This document shows, one piece after another, positions 1 through 9,832 of a stretch of 64,000 nucleotides of DNA. Within the stretch, counting starts at the first letter, position 1. Each line of letters starts with the position of its first letter. Under the pieces are notes generated by a model, which was not told the DNA's origin, searched no databases, and saw only the letters and a program-made list of their open reading frames with translations. Source of the stretch: an uncultured Bifidobacteriaceae bacterium (GTDB taxonomy: Bacteria > Acidobacteriota > Vicinamibacteria > Vicinamibacterales > JAMQPK01); assembly GCA_964356125.1 (NCBI GenBank), contig CAYHHH010000002.1, forward strand, positions 12,755-76,754, in the 5' to 3' direction. Made by a program: the position numbers and the translations under genes.

Positions 1-1643
1 CCTGGATTCTTCGATGCCAGGTCGTCGATGATCATGTGTGGCACCCAGGACGTCTCGCCCGTCGCCGAACGCTTCTGCTCGAACCACGCCAGGCCCCAGC
101 CATGCGCTTCGAGGCTCGCGACGACGTCGTTCAACCCGTCGCCGTTCAGATCGGCCACGCGCAGCTCGCCACCGCCCGGACTCGCACCTGCGCGCGGCCA
201 TCGGCCGAACGCGACCGGATGATAGGGCCACGGACTGTCGACTGTCGACTGTCGACTGTTGACTGTCGACTGAGCCGGATGTTCCCACCATCCGTACGGA
301 GTGACGACATCCACGCGGCCGTCACCGTTGATATCACCCGCGCCAAGACCGTGCTGCGCGGCGACGGTGTACCCGGGCCCCGAGACGGGGCGGACCGTCC
401 ATGGGGACGTCGGATCGGCGGCGTTGACCGCTGCCACCGACACCATCCCGCCGTTGAGCACAACCGCATCCGGCGCACCGTCACCGGTGACGTCGTGGAA
501 TGCCACCACTTCGGCTGTGTTGGCAAAGGCGGGATGGCGATCCCACCTGCGCAGCTCCTTTCCCGGATTCACGTACATCACGAAGCTGCGCCCTTCCGAC
601 ACGACGACGTCGGGGAATCCATCGCCTGAGTAGTCGTGCGCGATGTTCATTGCGCCAGCGGCGTACTCGGCGCCAGGGTTGAAGATCCGGCTCACGTAGA
701 TCTCTCGCGACACGCGATAGTCGGGCCCGAGGAAATAGTGCGGCCCGGCAACGACGTCGAGCACGCCATCGCGGTTCACGTCGGCGGCGGTCGCGGACCA
801 GGCGTAATAGAAGTCGTTCAGCCGCTGCAGCCGGAACGCCGCGCCCGTTTGCTCATCGGTAAACACGCGGCGTCCGAGATCTTTGGTTTCAATCGATCGG
901 TATCGGACTTCCGTCGTCCCGCCGACGTACAGTCCTACTCGGCCGTAACGCGCGACGTGATCGTCGACGCGTCCGCTCGCCACGCCGGCTTCCGGTCCGT
1001 CGTTGAGCCACGAACGCAGGATGTTGGCGTCGAGGATCGACTCGAGCGTGTTCCATTCGCCCGGCCGAAACACGTATTCCGGCGGCGTGTACGGCGACCG
1101 CTCTGGCGGGCCGCCGCGTCCGGCAGCACCCGCGCCGCGTCCAGGACCGCCACGTCCCAGACCACCACGCCCCGGACCATCGGGTGCCCCTTGAGGCTGC
1201 GGAGGTGCGAGCGCGCGGACCGTGCCGCCGCCGCGCTCGAGCGGCTCCTTCGTGCGGAGGCGTCCCTGCGCGTCGAGCGTCACGGCGAACGCGCCAGGCG
1301 TGTCGGAGATCGAGACGAACACGCCCTTGTATCCATCCGCGGTCTTCTCGAGCCGCAGCACCAAGCCGGCTTGACACCCGGCCGCGCAGCGGAACGATGC
1401 CGCCATCTGCACGTCCTGCAAGGGTTTATTGAAGAGCAGCCATCCGCCATCCGGCGAGGACGGGGTGGCAGTCACCTCGCCGTTCTGCGCCGTCCAACTG
1501 GCGGCGCCGAGCTGCTCGGTGTCGGAAAGCGACGATCCGGCGAACGTCCAGTCAGGAACGAAATTCCTGTTCGCGTGCGATGCATGTTCCGTCGCCGCGG
1601 CGCAGAGGAGGGTCATCAGGGCCAATCGGATCAGGCGAGACAT
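1..1643 (-). CDS. Exported DUF1080 (3-keto-disaccharide-hydrolase-like) + FG-GAP/VCBS repeat protein; C-terminus runs off the window start (paralogue 1 of 3)
   Basis: Absent from the ORF track because it has no stop in the window. My reverse-strand translation from ATG 1643-1641 gives MSRLIRLALMTLLCAAATEHASHANRNFVPDWTF... It stays open to nt 3 and is collinear with ORFs 27577..29550 and 29551..31626 (DINGDGRVDVV, WWEHP, GLAWFEQKR). Confidence 0.85.
   Translation of the reverse strand, partial: MSRLIRLALMTLLCAAATEHASHANRNFVPDWTFAGSSLSDTEQLGAASWTAQNGEVTATPSSPDGGWLLFNKPLQDVQMAASFRCAAGCQAGLVLRLEKTADGYKGVFVSISDTPGAFAVTLDAQGRLRTKEPLERGGGTVRALAPPQPQGAPDGPGRGGLGRGGPGRGAGAAGRGGPPERSPYTPPEYVFRPGEWNTLESILDANILRSWLNDGPEAGVASGRVDDHVARYGRVGLYVGGTTEVRYRSIETKDLGRRVFTDEQTGAAFRLQRLNDFYYAWSATAADVNRDGVLDVVAGPHYFLGPDYRVSREIYVSRIFNPGAEYAAGAMNIAHDYSGDGFPDVVVSEGRSFVMYVNPGKELRRWDRHPAFANTAEVVAFHDVTGDGAPDAVVLNGGMVSVAAVNAADPTSPWTVRPVSGPGYTVAAQHGLGAGDINGDGRVDVVTPYGWWEHPAQSTVNSRQSTVDSPWPYHPVAFGRWPRAGASPGGGELRVADLNGDGLNDVVASLEAHGWGLAWFEQKRSATGETSWVPHMIIDDLASKNP
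233..274 (-). repeat. Heptanucleotide tandem array (GACTGTC x ~6) inside the CDS; encodes AQSTVNSRQSTVDS
   Basis: Direct reading: GACTGTC GACTGTC GACTGTC GACTGTT GACTGTC GACTGAG. It is in frame on the minus strand, between WWEHP and PWPYHP. Confidence 0.9.
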
Positions 1644-1708
1644 GTCAGGTCCCTTAAATTATCGATAACTTGGGTGAGCGGCGAGTATAGGATCGTCTCG
1701 CCCGGTAA

Positions 1709-1725
1709 GTGAGACATTTTGTGAC
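1709..1725 (+). promoter_or_regulatory. Candidate direct-repeat operator GTGAGAC-ATT-TTGTGAC
   Basis: Two 7-bp half sites with 10-bp phasing, 56 nt upstream of ATG 1782. It resembles the sites at 11344, 24385 and 36099(-). Confidence 0.3.
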
Positions 1726-1781
1726 GACCGCCATTTGCGGCCGTCGTGATGCGATGATGGCGCCCACGAAGGAGTCAGTCC

Positions 1782-4109
1782 ATGTTCCAGAACACTCGGC
1801 GGTTCCGCCAGTCGCTCGTCGTCATCCTCGGGCTATCGGCCGGGATGGCCGCGGTCGCGACCGGTCTCGCGCAGTCGTCCACGGGCAAGTGGTGGACGGG
1901 ATACGGCAACGGCCCCGATAACTCGCGCTATTTCGCATCCCGGCAGATCAACAAATCCAACGTCAGTCAGCTGCAGGTGGCGTGGACCTACCCCTATGGC
2001 GACACGAGCGGCAACCCGCTCGTCGTCCGCGGCGTGATCTACGGCCGGGGCCGCAACGGCTCCATCGTCGCTGTTGACGCGAAAAATGGCAAGGAGTTGT
2101 GGGTCCGCGAGAACATGAACGGCATGAGCAGCCGCGGCATGATGTACTGGGAAAGCCGCGACGGCCGCGATCAGCGCCTGATCTTCCCGATGAACAGCCT
2201 GCTGCAGCAGCTGGACGCGAAGACAGGGAAGTCGGTCATGTCGTTCGGCATCAACGGAGCCGTCGACTTGAGGGTGGGCATCGACGGACGCGACCCGGAA
2301 ACGATCGGGAATATCCAGTCGCAGACTCCCGGTGAAGTGTTCGAGAACCTGATCATTGTCGGCAGCGCCCCGGGTGAAGGCTACATGTCGCCGCCGGGCG
2401 ACATTCGCGCCTACGACGCCCTCACCGGCAAGCTCGTCTGGACCTTCCACACGGTCCCGCGTCCAGGCGAGTTCGGCTACGAAACGTGGCCGAAAGACGC
2501 GTGGAAGTACGTCGGCGGCACCAACAACTGGGGCGAAATGACGGTCGACACCCGCCGCGGGATCGCATACGTCCCGCTCGGATCAGCCACTTACGACTAT
2601 TACGGCGCCGACCGCATCGGCGCCAACCTGTTCGGCTCGTCGATCGTGGCGCTCAATGCGCGCACAGGCACGCGTCTGTGGCACTTTCAGATGGCCCACC
2701 ACGATCTCTGGGACTTCGACAACAATGCTGCGCCGCAACTGACGACGATCCGCCACAACGGACGCAATCGGGATGTCGTCGCCGTGGCCGGCAAGACCGG
2801 CTGGCTCTACGTATTCGATCGCGTAACGGGCGAGCCGATTTGGCCAATTGAAGAGCGGCCGGTACCCCAGACCGACATGCCGGGCGAACAGACCTGGCCC
2901 ACGCAGCCGTACCCGACCAATCCGCCGCCCTTTGCGAAGCAATCGTTCGGCGTTGACGACATTAATCCGTACCTCGAACCGGCTGAGTACGAGGCATTCA
3001 AGAAACGCGTGCTCGCCGCGAACAACAAAGGGCTGTTCACGCCGATCAACCATACCGACACCGTTCACATTCCAGGCAGCAACGGCGGCGCGCTGTTCGG
3101 CGGCACCGCAGCAGAGCCGAATACCGGTGCTGTGTACGTGATCACTCAGGACAATCCTGGCATGCTCCGCCTCCTCACAACCGCCGAGATGGCGGCGCGC
3201 GCCGGCGGCTTCGGGCCGCCCGGTCAGCTCGTCTACCAGCAGCACTGCCAGCAGTGTCACGGTGCAGATCGTCTCGGAACAGGTGACGGCGTGCCGCTTG
3301 TCTACGCGGACGCCGATCCGGCGAACAATATTGCCGCCGGCGCGTCGCGTTTCAGTGCGGTGGCGATCCGCGACATTCTCGAGACAGGCCGGGGCCGCAT
3401 GCCTGCGTTCCCGCATCTCAGCGCCGCCGACGCGGACATCCTGATCAGGTATCTCACCGCGGTGCCGGGCCCGGGGCGCGGTGCCGGTGGGGGATTCGGC
3501 CGCGGCGCAGGACCGGTCGCATCGGGCGCGCCACCCGCGCTGATTGCCGGATCCGGTTCCGTGTGGACGCGTCCGGACCCTCCAGGTGGACGCGGCCGCG
3601 GCGCCCCGCCGCCGTATCCCGAAGGGGTTCCTCAAACCGAGCGGTTCGTGATCAACGAATACGGAACGATCGGCGACCGCATGAAGCCGCCGTTCACGAC
3701 GATCGTCAAATACGACTTGAACGTACCCGCCATCAAGTGGCGCATCGGTTTCGGCGACGACCCTGCGCTCATCGGCCGTGGCGTCACGGGTACGGGCGTC
3801 ACTCAGATGCGCACCAGCATCATCGTCACGGAATCGGGTCTTGTCTTCGGCGCCGGGCGCGATAACCACATTCGCGCGTGGGACAGCGACACGGGCGCCC
3901 AACTTTGGTCGTCGCGGTTTGGCGGCAATTTCTTGGGCTCCCCAGCGATGTACGAGATGGACGGCAAGCAGTATCTGCTGGTGCCTGCCGCGAGCACGGC
4001 AGGCGGCCGGGGCGCCGGTGCTGGCGTGCCGCCGACACCAGGCGGGAGCCCGGCGACCGCTCCTCCCGCGCCCGGGCCGATGGGCTGGGTCGCCTACGCG
4101 GTGCCATGA
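1782..4109 (+). CDS. PQQ-type beta-propeller dehydrogenase (glucose/quinate-like) with an internally inserted cytochrome c domain
   Basis: 775-aa ORF with GAAGGAG upstream. Signal-like N-terminus MFQNTRRFRQSLVVILGLSAGMAAVATGLAQS. Quinoprotein N-terminal signature WTGYGNGPDNSRYFASRQINKSNVSQLQVAWTY. CQQCH at codons 489-493 (nt 3246-3260). Propeller-like blades resume after the heme domain. Confidence 0.85.
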   Translation: MFQNTRRFRQSLVVILGLSAGMAAVATGLAQSSTGKWWTGYGNGPDNSRYFASRQINKSNVSQLQVAWTYPYGDTSGNPLVVRGVIYGRGRNGSIVAVDAKNGKELWVRENMNGMSSRGMMYWESRDGRDQRLIFPMNSLLQQLDAKTGKSVMSFGINGAVDLRVGIDGRDPETIGNIQSQTPGEVFENLIIVGSAPGEGYMSPPGDIRAYDALTGKLVWTFHTVPRPGEFGYETWPKDAWKYVGGTNNWGEMTVDTRRGIAYVPLGSATYDYYGADRIGANLFGSSIVALNARTGTRLWHFQMAHHDLWDFDNNAAPQLTTIRHNGRNRDVVAVAGKTGWLYVFDRVTGEPIWPIEERPVPQTDMPGEQTWPTQPYPTNPPPFAKQSFGVDDINPYLEPAEYEAFKKRVLAANNKGLFTPINHTDTVHIPGSNGGALFGGTAAEPNTGAVYVITQDNPGMLRLLTTAEMAARAGGFGPPGQLVYQQHCQQCHGADRLGTGDGVPLVYADADPANNIAAGASRFSAVAIRDILETGRGRMPAFPHLSAADADILIRYLTAVPGPGRGAGGGFGRGAGPVASGAPPALIAGSGSVWTRPDPPGGRGRGAPPPYPEGVPQTERFVINEYGTIGDRMKPPFTTIVKYDLNVPAIKWRIGFGDDPALIGRGVTGTGVTQMRTSIIVTESGLVFGAGRDNHIRAWDSDTGAQLWSSRFGGNFLGSPAMYEMDGKQYLLVPAASTAGGRGAGAGVPPTPGGSPATAPPAPGPMGWVAYAVP

Positions 4110-4179
4110 AACGCCGTCGCTGTCGCTGGTGATGCGGCGCGGCTGACGCCGGAGCGCTGATACGGCGCCGGAGTGCCCG

Positions 4180-4196
4180 CACGGACGTCGTCCGTG
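4180..4196 (+). terminator. Candidate stem-loop CACGGAC-GTC-GTCCGTG downstream of the PQQ gene
   Basis: Perfect 7-bp stem with a 3-nt loop, 71 nt after the stop at 4109. No clear U-tract follows. Confidence 0.3.
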
Positions 4197-4212
4197 TCCA
4201 AATTTGTCTCAA

Positions 4213-4230
4213 ATCAGGGTTTTCCCTGAT
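4213..4230 (+). terminator. Candidate stem-loop ATCAGGG-TTTT-CCCTGAT
   Basis: Perfect 7-bp stem with a 4-nt loop. Its function (terminator or operator) is undetermined. Confidence 0.25.
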
Positions 4231-4254
4231 GGTATCGTCCGTGCCGATCACCAC

Positions 4255-4270
4255 CGATTATCGATTATCG
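4255..4270 (+). promoter_or_regulatory. (CGATTAT)2 tandem heptamer; shares the 12-mer TATCGATTATCG with 24409-24420
   Basis: CGATTATCGATTATCG lies 27 nt upstream of ATG 4297. The same 12-mer occurs upstream of gene 24483. Related ATTATCGAT elements occur at 1658-1667 and 11297-11303 (reverse complement). Confidence 0.35.
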
Positions 4271-4296
4271 TTTGACGCTCAGGAGCAGGAGGAGCC

Positions 4297-4473
4297 ATGA
4301 GACACCTTCGTCCGCGCGCCTACGCCTTGTTGATAGCAGCATTACTGTTCAACGTGACCGCGACCGAACTGGCGCCGGCCGAAATTCGGAGTCTCGAGAA
4401 ACTCCAGCACAGGCTTGGCCAGCTGGCGACGCCGCCGCGACAGATCGGCATCACGCTCCGGCTGGACTTCTAA
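4297..4473 (+). CDS. Small (58 aa) putative secreted protein
   Basis: Below the track's size cutoff. ATG is preceded by AGGAGCAGGAGGAG (SD). Translation: MRHLRPRAYALLIAALLFNVTATELAPAEIRSLEKLQHRLGQLATPPRQIGITLRLDF, ending in TAA, with a signal-like N-terminus. The track ORF 4272..4484 is in a different frame and Arg/Ser-rich. Confidence 0.4.
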   Translation: MRHLRPRAYALLIAALLFNVTATELAPAEIRSLEKLQHRLGQLATPPRQIGITLRLDF

Positions 4474-4476
4474 TTA

Positions 4477-4551
4477 GCTGGTAGCTGGTAGCCCGTAGCT
4501 GGTAGCAAGAGCTTTCGCTACCGGCTACCGGCTACCGCCTACCGCCTACCG
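4477..4551 (+). repeat. Long imperfect hairpin built from heptamer repeats: (GCTGGTA)x4, 10-nt loop, (GCTACCG/CCTACCG)x5
   Basis: Manual pairing 4475-4506 with 4517-4548 gives about 30 pairs, including 3 G-U and 3 mismatches. The 3' arm ends 3 nt before ATG 4555. Confidence 0.85.
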
Positions 4552-4554
4552 ACT

Positions 4555-6174
<1,620 letters not shown>

Positions 6175-6178
6175 CGGG

Positions 6179-9100
6179 CTAGAAGGTGAACTTCGCCACG
6201 AACTGGATGAACCGTGGAGAAGCGGCTGTCGCGCTCGTGATGCGTCCGAAGTCGGTGCTCGCCGGGTTCAGATTCGGGTTGGCGAACGTCGTCCGATTCG
6301 GGAGGTTGATGATGTCCACGCGGAAGCTGAGCGCACTGCGACCGGGCAGCGTCACCGTTCGCATGAAGTTCATGTTCACCTGCAGGAGGTTCGGCCCCCT
6401 GACCCCATCGATTCGGAACGGGAAGACGCGCTTCTGGAAGTTGGCGGGCACCTTCGCTGGATCGCGCTCGAACCCGGCGTCCACGTTGAACCAGTGCTCG
6501 AGCGTCGGGTCGTCACTCGGGATGTCCTCGAAATCGCCGTAGAAGAAGACGTTACCCCACGCGAGAAGCGGTCCAGGCTGGTATTCGAGCGTGCCGCCGA
6601 CCTGCCAGCCGCCGAGAATCGCGCCAAGAACGCCCGTGCTCGCGAACTTTCGCCCAGGGCCGAACGGCAACTCGGCCAGGCCGTTGGCTGTGACGCGGTG
6701 CGGACGGCCGTTGGCGTTCGGCTGCCAGAGCGTGGGCACGCGGTCGTACTCGTTCAAGAGCTCCAGATTGCGGATCCGGTTGCCCGAGTAGGCAGCGCTC
6801 AGGGCGAAACCCTTGTGGAAACGACGCGTGAGGTTGATCTCCACGCCATGCGTCGTCTGTTTGCCGAGCGGCAGGTTCTGGAACATGAGACCGTTGCCCG
6901 CGCTCATATGCGGGAAGGGCCGCAGCAGCCGGTGCAACTGCACGGTGGTACTCGTGAAGAAGGCGTTACCAGCCATCCGCGCGTAGAGGGCTGGGTTGCT
7001 CGCCTGCAGCGAGGAAAAGCGCGAGAGCAGGAAGGGATTGGGCACATTCGTCTGCAGGAAGTTCTGCTGCGTGAGGTCCCTGACATTATTCCCATTCCAG
7101 TATTGCTCCGGCAGGTAGTCCATGCGGAGTGTCATCGGCAGCCGATCGCCGACCTGGTAGTTGTAGGCAACCTCGATGGCCGTCGTGCCCCACAGCTCGC
7201 GCTGGACGCTGGCTCGATACCGCTGCACGCGCGGGTGCTTACGATCCGGATTGCCGATGTTCACGGCAGCGCCGAGCAACGAGTCGACACCGAGGCTGTC
7301 GCCAACGATCGGGTCATAGCGCGTGCCGTCGGCGCGCAGCGGGAACGGATCGGTTTGCGGAAGAATCCCGACGGCGGGATTCCCGAGCGCCCAGGTCTGT
7401 CCGAAGTCGTTGCTCGTCACGCGCGTGCTCGTTGCGCTATAGCCGGTCGTGAGCGGCGTGTAATTGGCCGCGTTCAGCGTGTCGTAGAACATGCCGTAGC
7501 CGGCCTTGAGGACCGTCCGGGTGCCGAGCCGGTAGGCGCCCGACAGGCGCGGCATCAACAGCGACTCTCCCTTCCAGGAGCTTCCGTTCGTTCGTGCATC
7601 GCTCGCGAAGATCGGCCCGCCGCGAACCTTGAACGCGCTCGCCGGGAGGTTCGGATTCGGACTCGCCGCGTAGGCCGCTTCGGCCAGCGCCGTGATGGCT
7701 GTCACCGCGTCTGGATCCCAACCGATGATGTCGCGCTGCCCGGTTTCGACGATACCGCTCTCGTACTCGTAGCGAAGGCCGAAGTTGAGCGTCAGGTTTT
7801 GGCCGACCCGCCACGTGTCCTGGCCGTAGACGGAGAAATACGGCGAGTGCAGCTCGGGCGCCACGAAATCGTCGATCGAAAACGACTGCGGCAGGCCGAG
7901 CATGAACGCGGCCCACTCCAGCCCGAGGTTGCCGGCCGGGAACACCGTCGTGTCGTCGGCGGCGCGCGTGTAGATGTTGGTGTAGTTCACCACGCCGGAC
8001 GTGTTGCCCAGGTTCGAGATCTTGCGAGCGTGGCTGCGGTTGTCCGAGCCGAACCGAAGCGTGTGCGCGTTCCTCACGTGTGTGACGTTGATCTGGCCCT
8101 GGATGTTGAGCACCTCCGGATACACGCCAACGTTGCCACCGAAGTCCTGATAGCCCTGAAAGTTCACCGCTGGCATCTGGCAGCCGCCCTGGCGTGCCGA
8201 GCAGAAGTCGTCGACGTACTGCGGCATCCCGAAGTCCGTCGGCTCGTAGCTCTTCATCCCGAGGCGCCGCTCTGAGTCGAGAAACCAGTTCGATGCCGCC
8301 TGCGTGTCGACGACCGTGCCGTTGCCGAAGACCCGCGTCCAGTTGCCCGTGTACGACCAGCTCTTGCGTAGGCGCCATGTCGCATGAAGGCCCTGCGAGA
8401 GCGGATTGGCGTACGTCCAGTCGTCGTCCTCTTCGGTGAAGTAGCTGCCCGCGGCGCGGAAGAAGAGACGGTCCTTTTGCGACAGGTTGAAATCGAGGCG
8501 CGTGCCCCAGACGTGGCTGTGCGTCTGATCGGGCTCGGCCGCGCCGAGGTAATTGTTGGTCGGCGCCAGCCCCGCAGGCGGGTTCTGGTTGGGCGCCGGC
8601 AGGAACTGGGTGTACAGCTTGTAGGCCGGGTTCACGATACGGTCCTGCGGGATGACGTTGTTCGGGAATGGATCACGGATGATGCGGCCGGGCCGGTTCG
8701 GGTCGGGCCGCGCCGTCAGCGGATCGTAGATGCGGTACTGCTGCGGATTTGGCAGCCGCAGGAGATCGGAGAAGTCGCCTCTCAGGTGGGCTTCGGTCGG
8801 AAGCGTGATGGCGCCGGCCTGGATGTTACCGGGGATGAGATCGGCGACGAATGAATAATTCGCGAAGAAGAACATCTTGTTCCGTCCGTCGACCAGTTTC
8901 GGGATCACGACGGGACCGCCGATGGTGTACGACATGTTCGTGGACTTGCCGGACTGGAATACGTTCTTCAATTCGGGATCGCGATCGAGAATGGGCCTCT
9001 GAAAGTGGTTCGCGCCGTTCAGGCGGCTCGTCCACGTTTGATAACCGGCCGTGCCGCTCCATCGGTTGGTGCCCGCCTTGGTCATCATCGCGACGCCGAG

Positions 9101-9805
9101 CCCCGTGCCGTGTCCCACCGACGCATCGAAGTTCGACGTTTCGATTCGCATTTCCTGCAACATGTCGGAATTGGGCGAAGTGGCTATGTTGCGGGCGTTG
9201 CCGGCATTCGTGGCGCCATCGATGGTGTACTCCGCGGCGCCGACGCCGCCGATCGGGCCGGCCTGCGACGATGGGCCGCCGACGAAGCCCTGGGTTGCAA
9301 ACTGTGGCGCCGCACTCGCGGCCACGCCCGAGACGTTGCGGATCAGAAGCAACGGCATGCTCGAGAACGACGGCAGCTCCGTAATCAGACGGTTCTCGAA
9401 ACTGAGCCCCGACGAAACCGCATTCATGTCGAGGAGCACGGCCGCCGCGACCACGTCCACGCGTTCGCTCATATTGCCGACGTCGAGCGTGATGGTGAGC
9501 GAAACCGTCCGGCCGACCGCGACCTGAATGCCGGTCTGCCGGAAGCCTTTGAAATTCGGGAGCTCGACCGAGACTTCGTAGGCGCCAGCGATGAGCAGGG
9601 GAGCCTCGAAGTACCCGCTGCCGTTGGTCGCCAGCTGTTGCGAGACGGTGGTGCCGGTGTTGGTGATCGTCACGTTCGCGCCAGGCAGAACGCCGTCCTT
9701 ATCGCGTACGGTTCCCGAAATCGTTCCGCGCGTCTCCTGCGCGGCCGCACTGCCGGCGATCAGCAGCGCGACCAGCGCGCAAGCGATCGTGAGCCACTTT
9801 CGCAT
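6179..9805 (-). CDS. TonB-dependent outer-membrane receptor with N-terminal carboxypeptidase-regulatory-like domain
   Basis: 1208 aa. Signal peptide MRKWLTIACALVALLIAGSAAAQE, then TRGTISGTVRDKDGVLPGANVTITN (CarboxypepD_reg-like). C-terminal ...FVAKFTF (terminal Phe, typical of OM beta-barrels). Confidence 0.9.
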   Translation of the reverse strand: MRKWLTIACALVALLIAGSAAAQETRGTISGTVRDKDGVLPGANVTITNTGTTVSQQLATNGSGYFEAPLLIAGAYEVSVELPNFKGFRQTGIQVAVGRTVSLTITLDVGNMSERVDVVAAAVLLDMNAVSSGLSFENRLITELPSFSSMPLLLIRNVSGVAASAAPQFATQGFVGGPSSQAGPIGGVGAAEYTIDGATNAGNARNIATSPNSDMLQEMRIETSNFDASVGHGTGLGVAMMTKAGTNRWSGTAGYQTWTSRLNGANHFQRPILDRDPELKNVFQSGKSTNMSYTIGGPVVIPKLVDGRNKMFFFANYSFVADLIPGNIQAGAITLPTEAHLRGDFSDLLRLPNPQQYRIYDPLTARPDPNRPGRIIRDPFPNNVIPQDRIVNPAYKLYTQFLPAPNQNPPAGLAPTNNYLGAAEPDQTHSHVWGTRLDFNLSQKDRLFFRAAGSYFTEEDDDWTYANPLSQGLHATWRLRKSWSYTGNWTRVFGNGTVVDTQAASNWFLDSERRLGMKSYEPTDFGMPQYVDDFCSARQGGCQMPAVNFQGYQDFGGNVGVYPEVLNIQGQINVTHVRNAHTLRFGSDNRSHARKISNLGNTSGVVNYTNIYTRAADDTTVFPAGNLGLEWAAFMLGLPQSFSIDDFVAPELHSPYFSVYGQDTWRVGQNLTLNFGLRYEYESGIVETGQRDIIGWDPDAVTAITALAEAAYAASPNPNLPASAFKVRGGPIFASDARTNGSSWKGESLLMPRLSGAYRLGTRTVLKAGYGMFYDTLNAANYTPLTTGYSATSTRVTSNDFGQTWALGNPAVGILPQTDPFPLRADGTRYDPIVGDSLGVDSLLGAAVNIGNPDRKHPRVQRYRASVQRELWGTTAIEVAYNYQVGDRLPMTLRMDYLPEQYWNGNNVRDLTQQNFLQTNVPNPFLLSRFSSLQASNPALYARMAGNAFFTSTTVQLHRLLRPFPHMSAGNGLMFQNLPLGKQTTHGVEINLTRRFHKGFALSAAYSGNRIRNLELLNEYDRVPTLWQPNANGRPHRVTANGLAELPFGPGRKFASTGVLGAILGGWQVGGTLEYQPGPLLAWGNVFFYGDFEDIPSDDPTLEHWFNVDAGFERDPAKVPANFQKRVFPFRIDGVRGPNLLQVNMNFMRTVTLPGRSALSFRVDIINLPNRTTFANPNLNPASTDFGRITSATAASPRFIQFVAKFTF

Positions 9806-9832
9806 GGTCGGTTCCTCCTCAAGCGACGACGA

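Noticed and set aside
36-1712. Plus-strand ORFs 36..629 and 636..1712 at the window start.
   Set aside because: The minus strand over the same span translates without interruption into a clear paralogue of the DUF1080/FG-GAP proteins. The plus-strand products are low-complexity Arg-rich sequence.
4272-4484. Track ORF of 70 aa (MTLRSRRSHETPSSARLRLVDSS...).
   Set aside because: It has no SD and an Arg/Ser-rich composition. The overlapping frame starting at ATG 4297 has a strong SD and a signal-like N-terminus, so I preferred that one, still at low confidence.
4477-4551. Could the short tandem repeats (here and at 233, 28139, 30117, 50910, 52453 and 62604) be CRISPR arrays?
   Set aside because: The units are 7 nt (13 nt at 50910) and directly adjacent, with no spacers. 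There are no cas genes in the window, and several arrays lie inside coding sequence.
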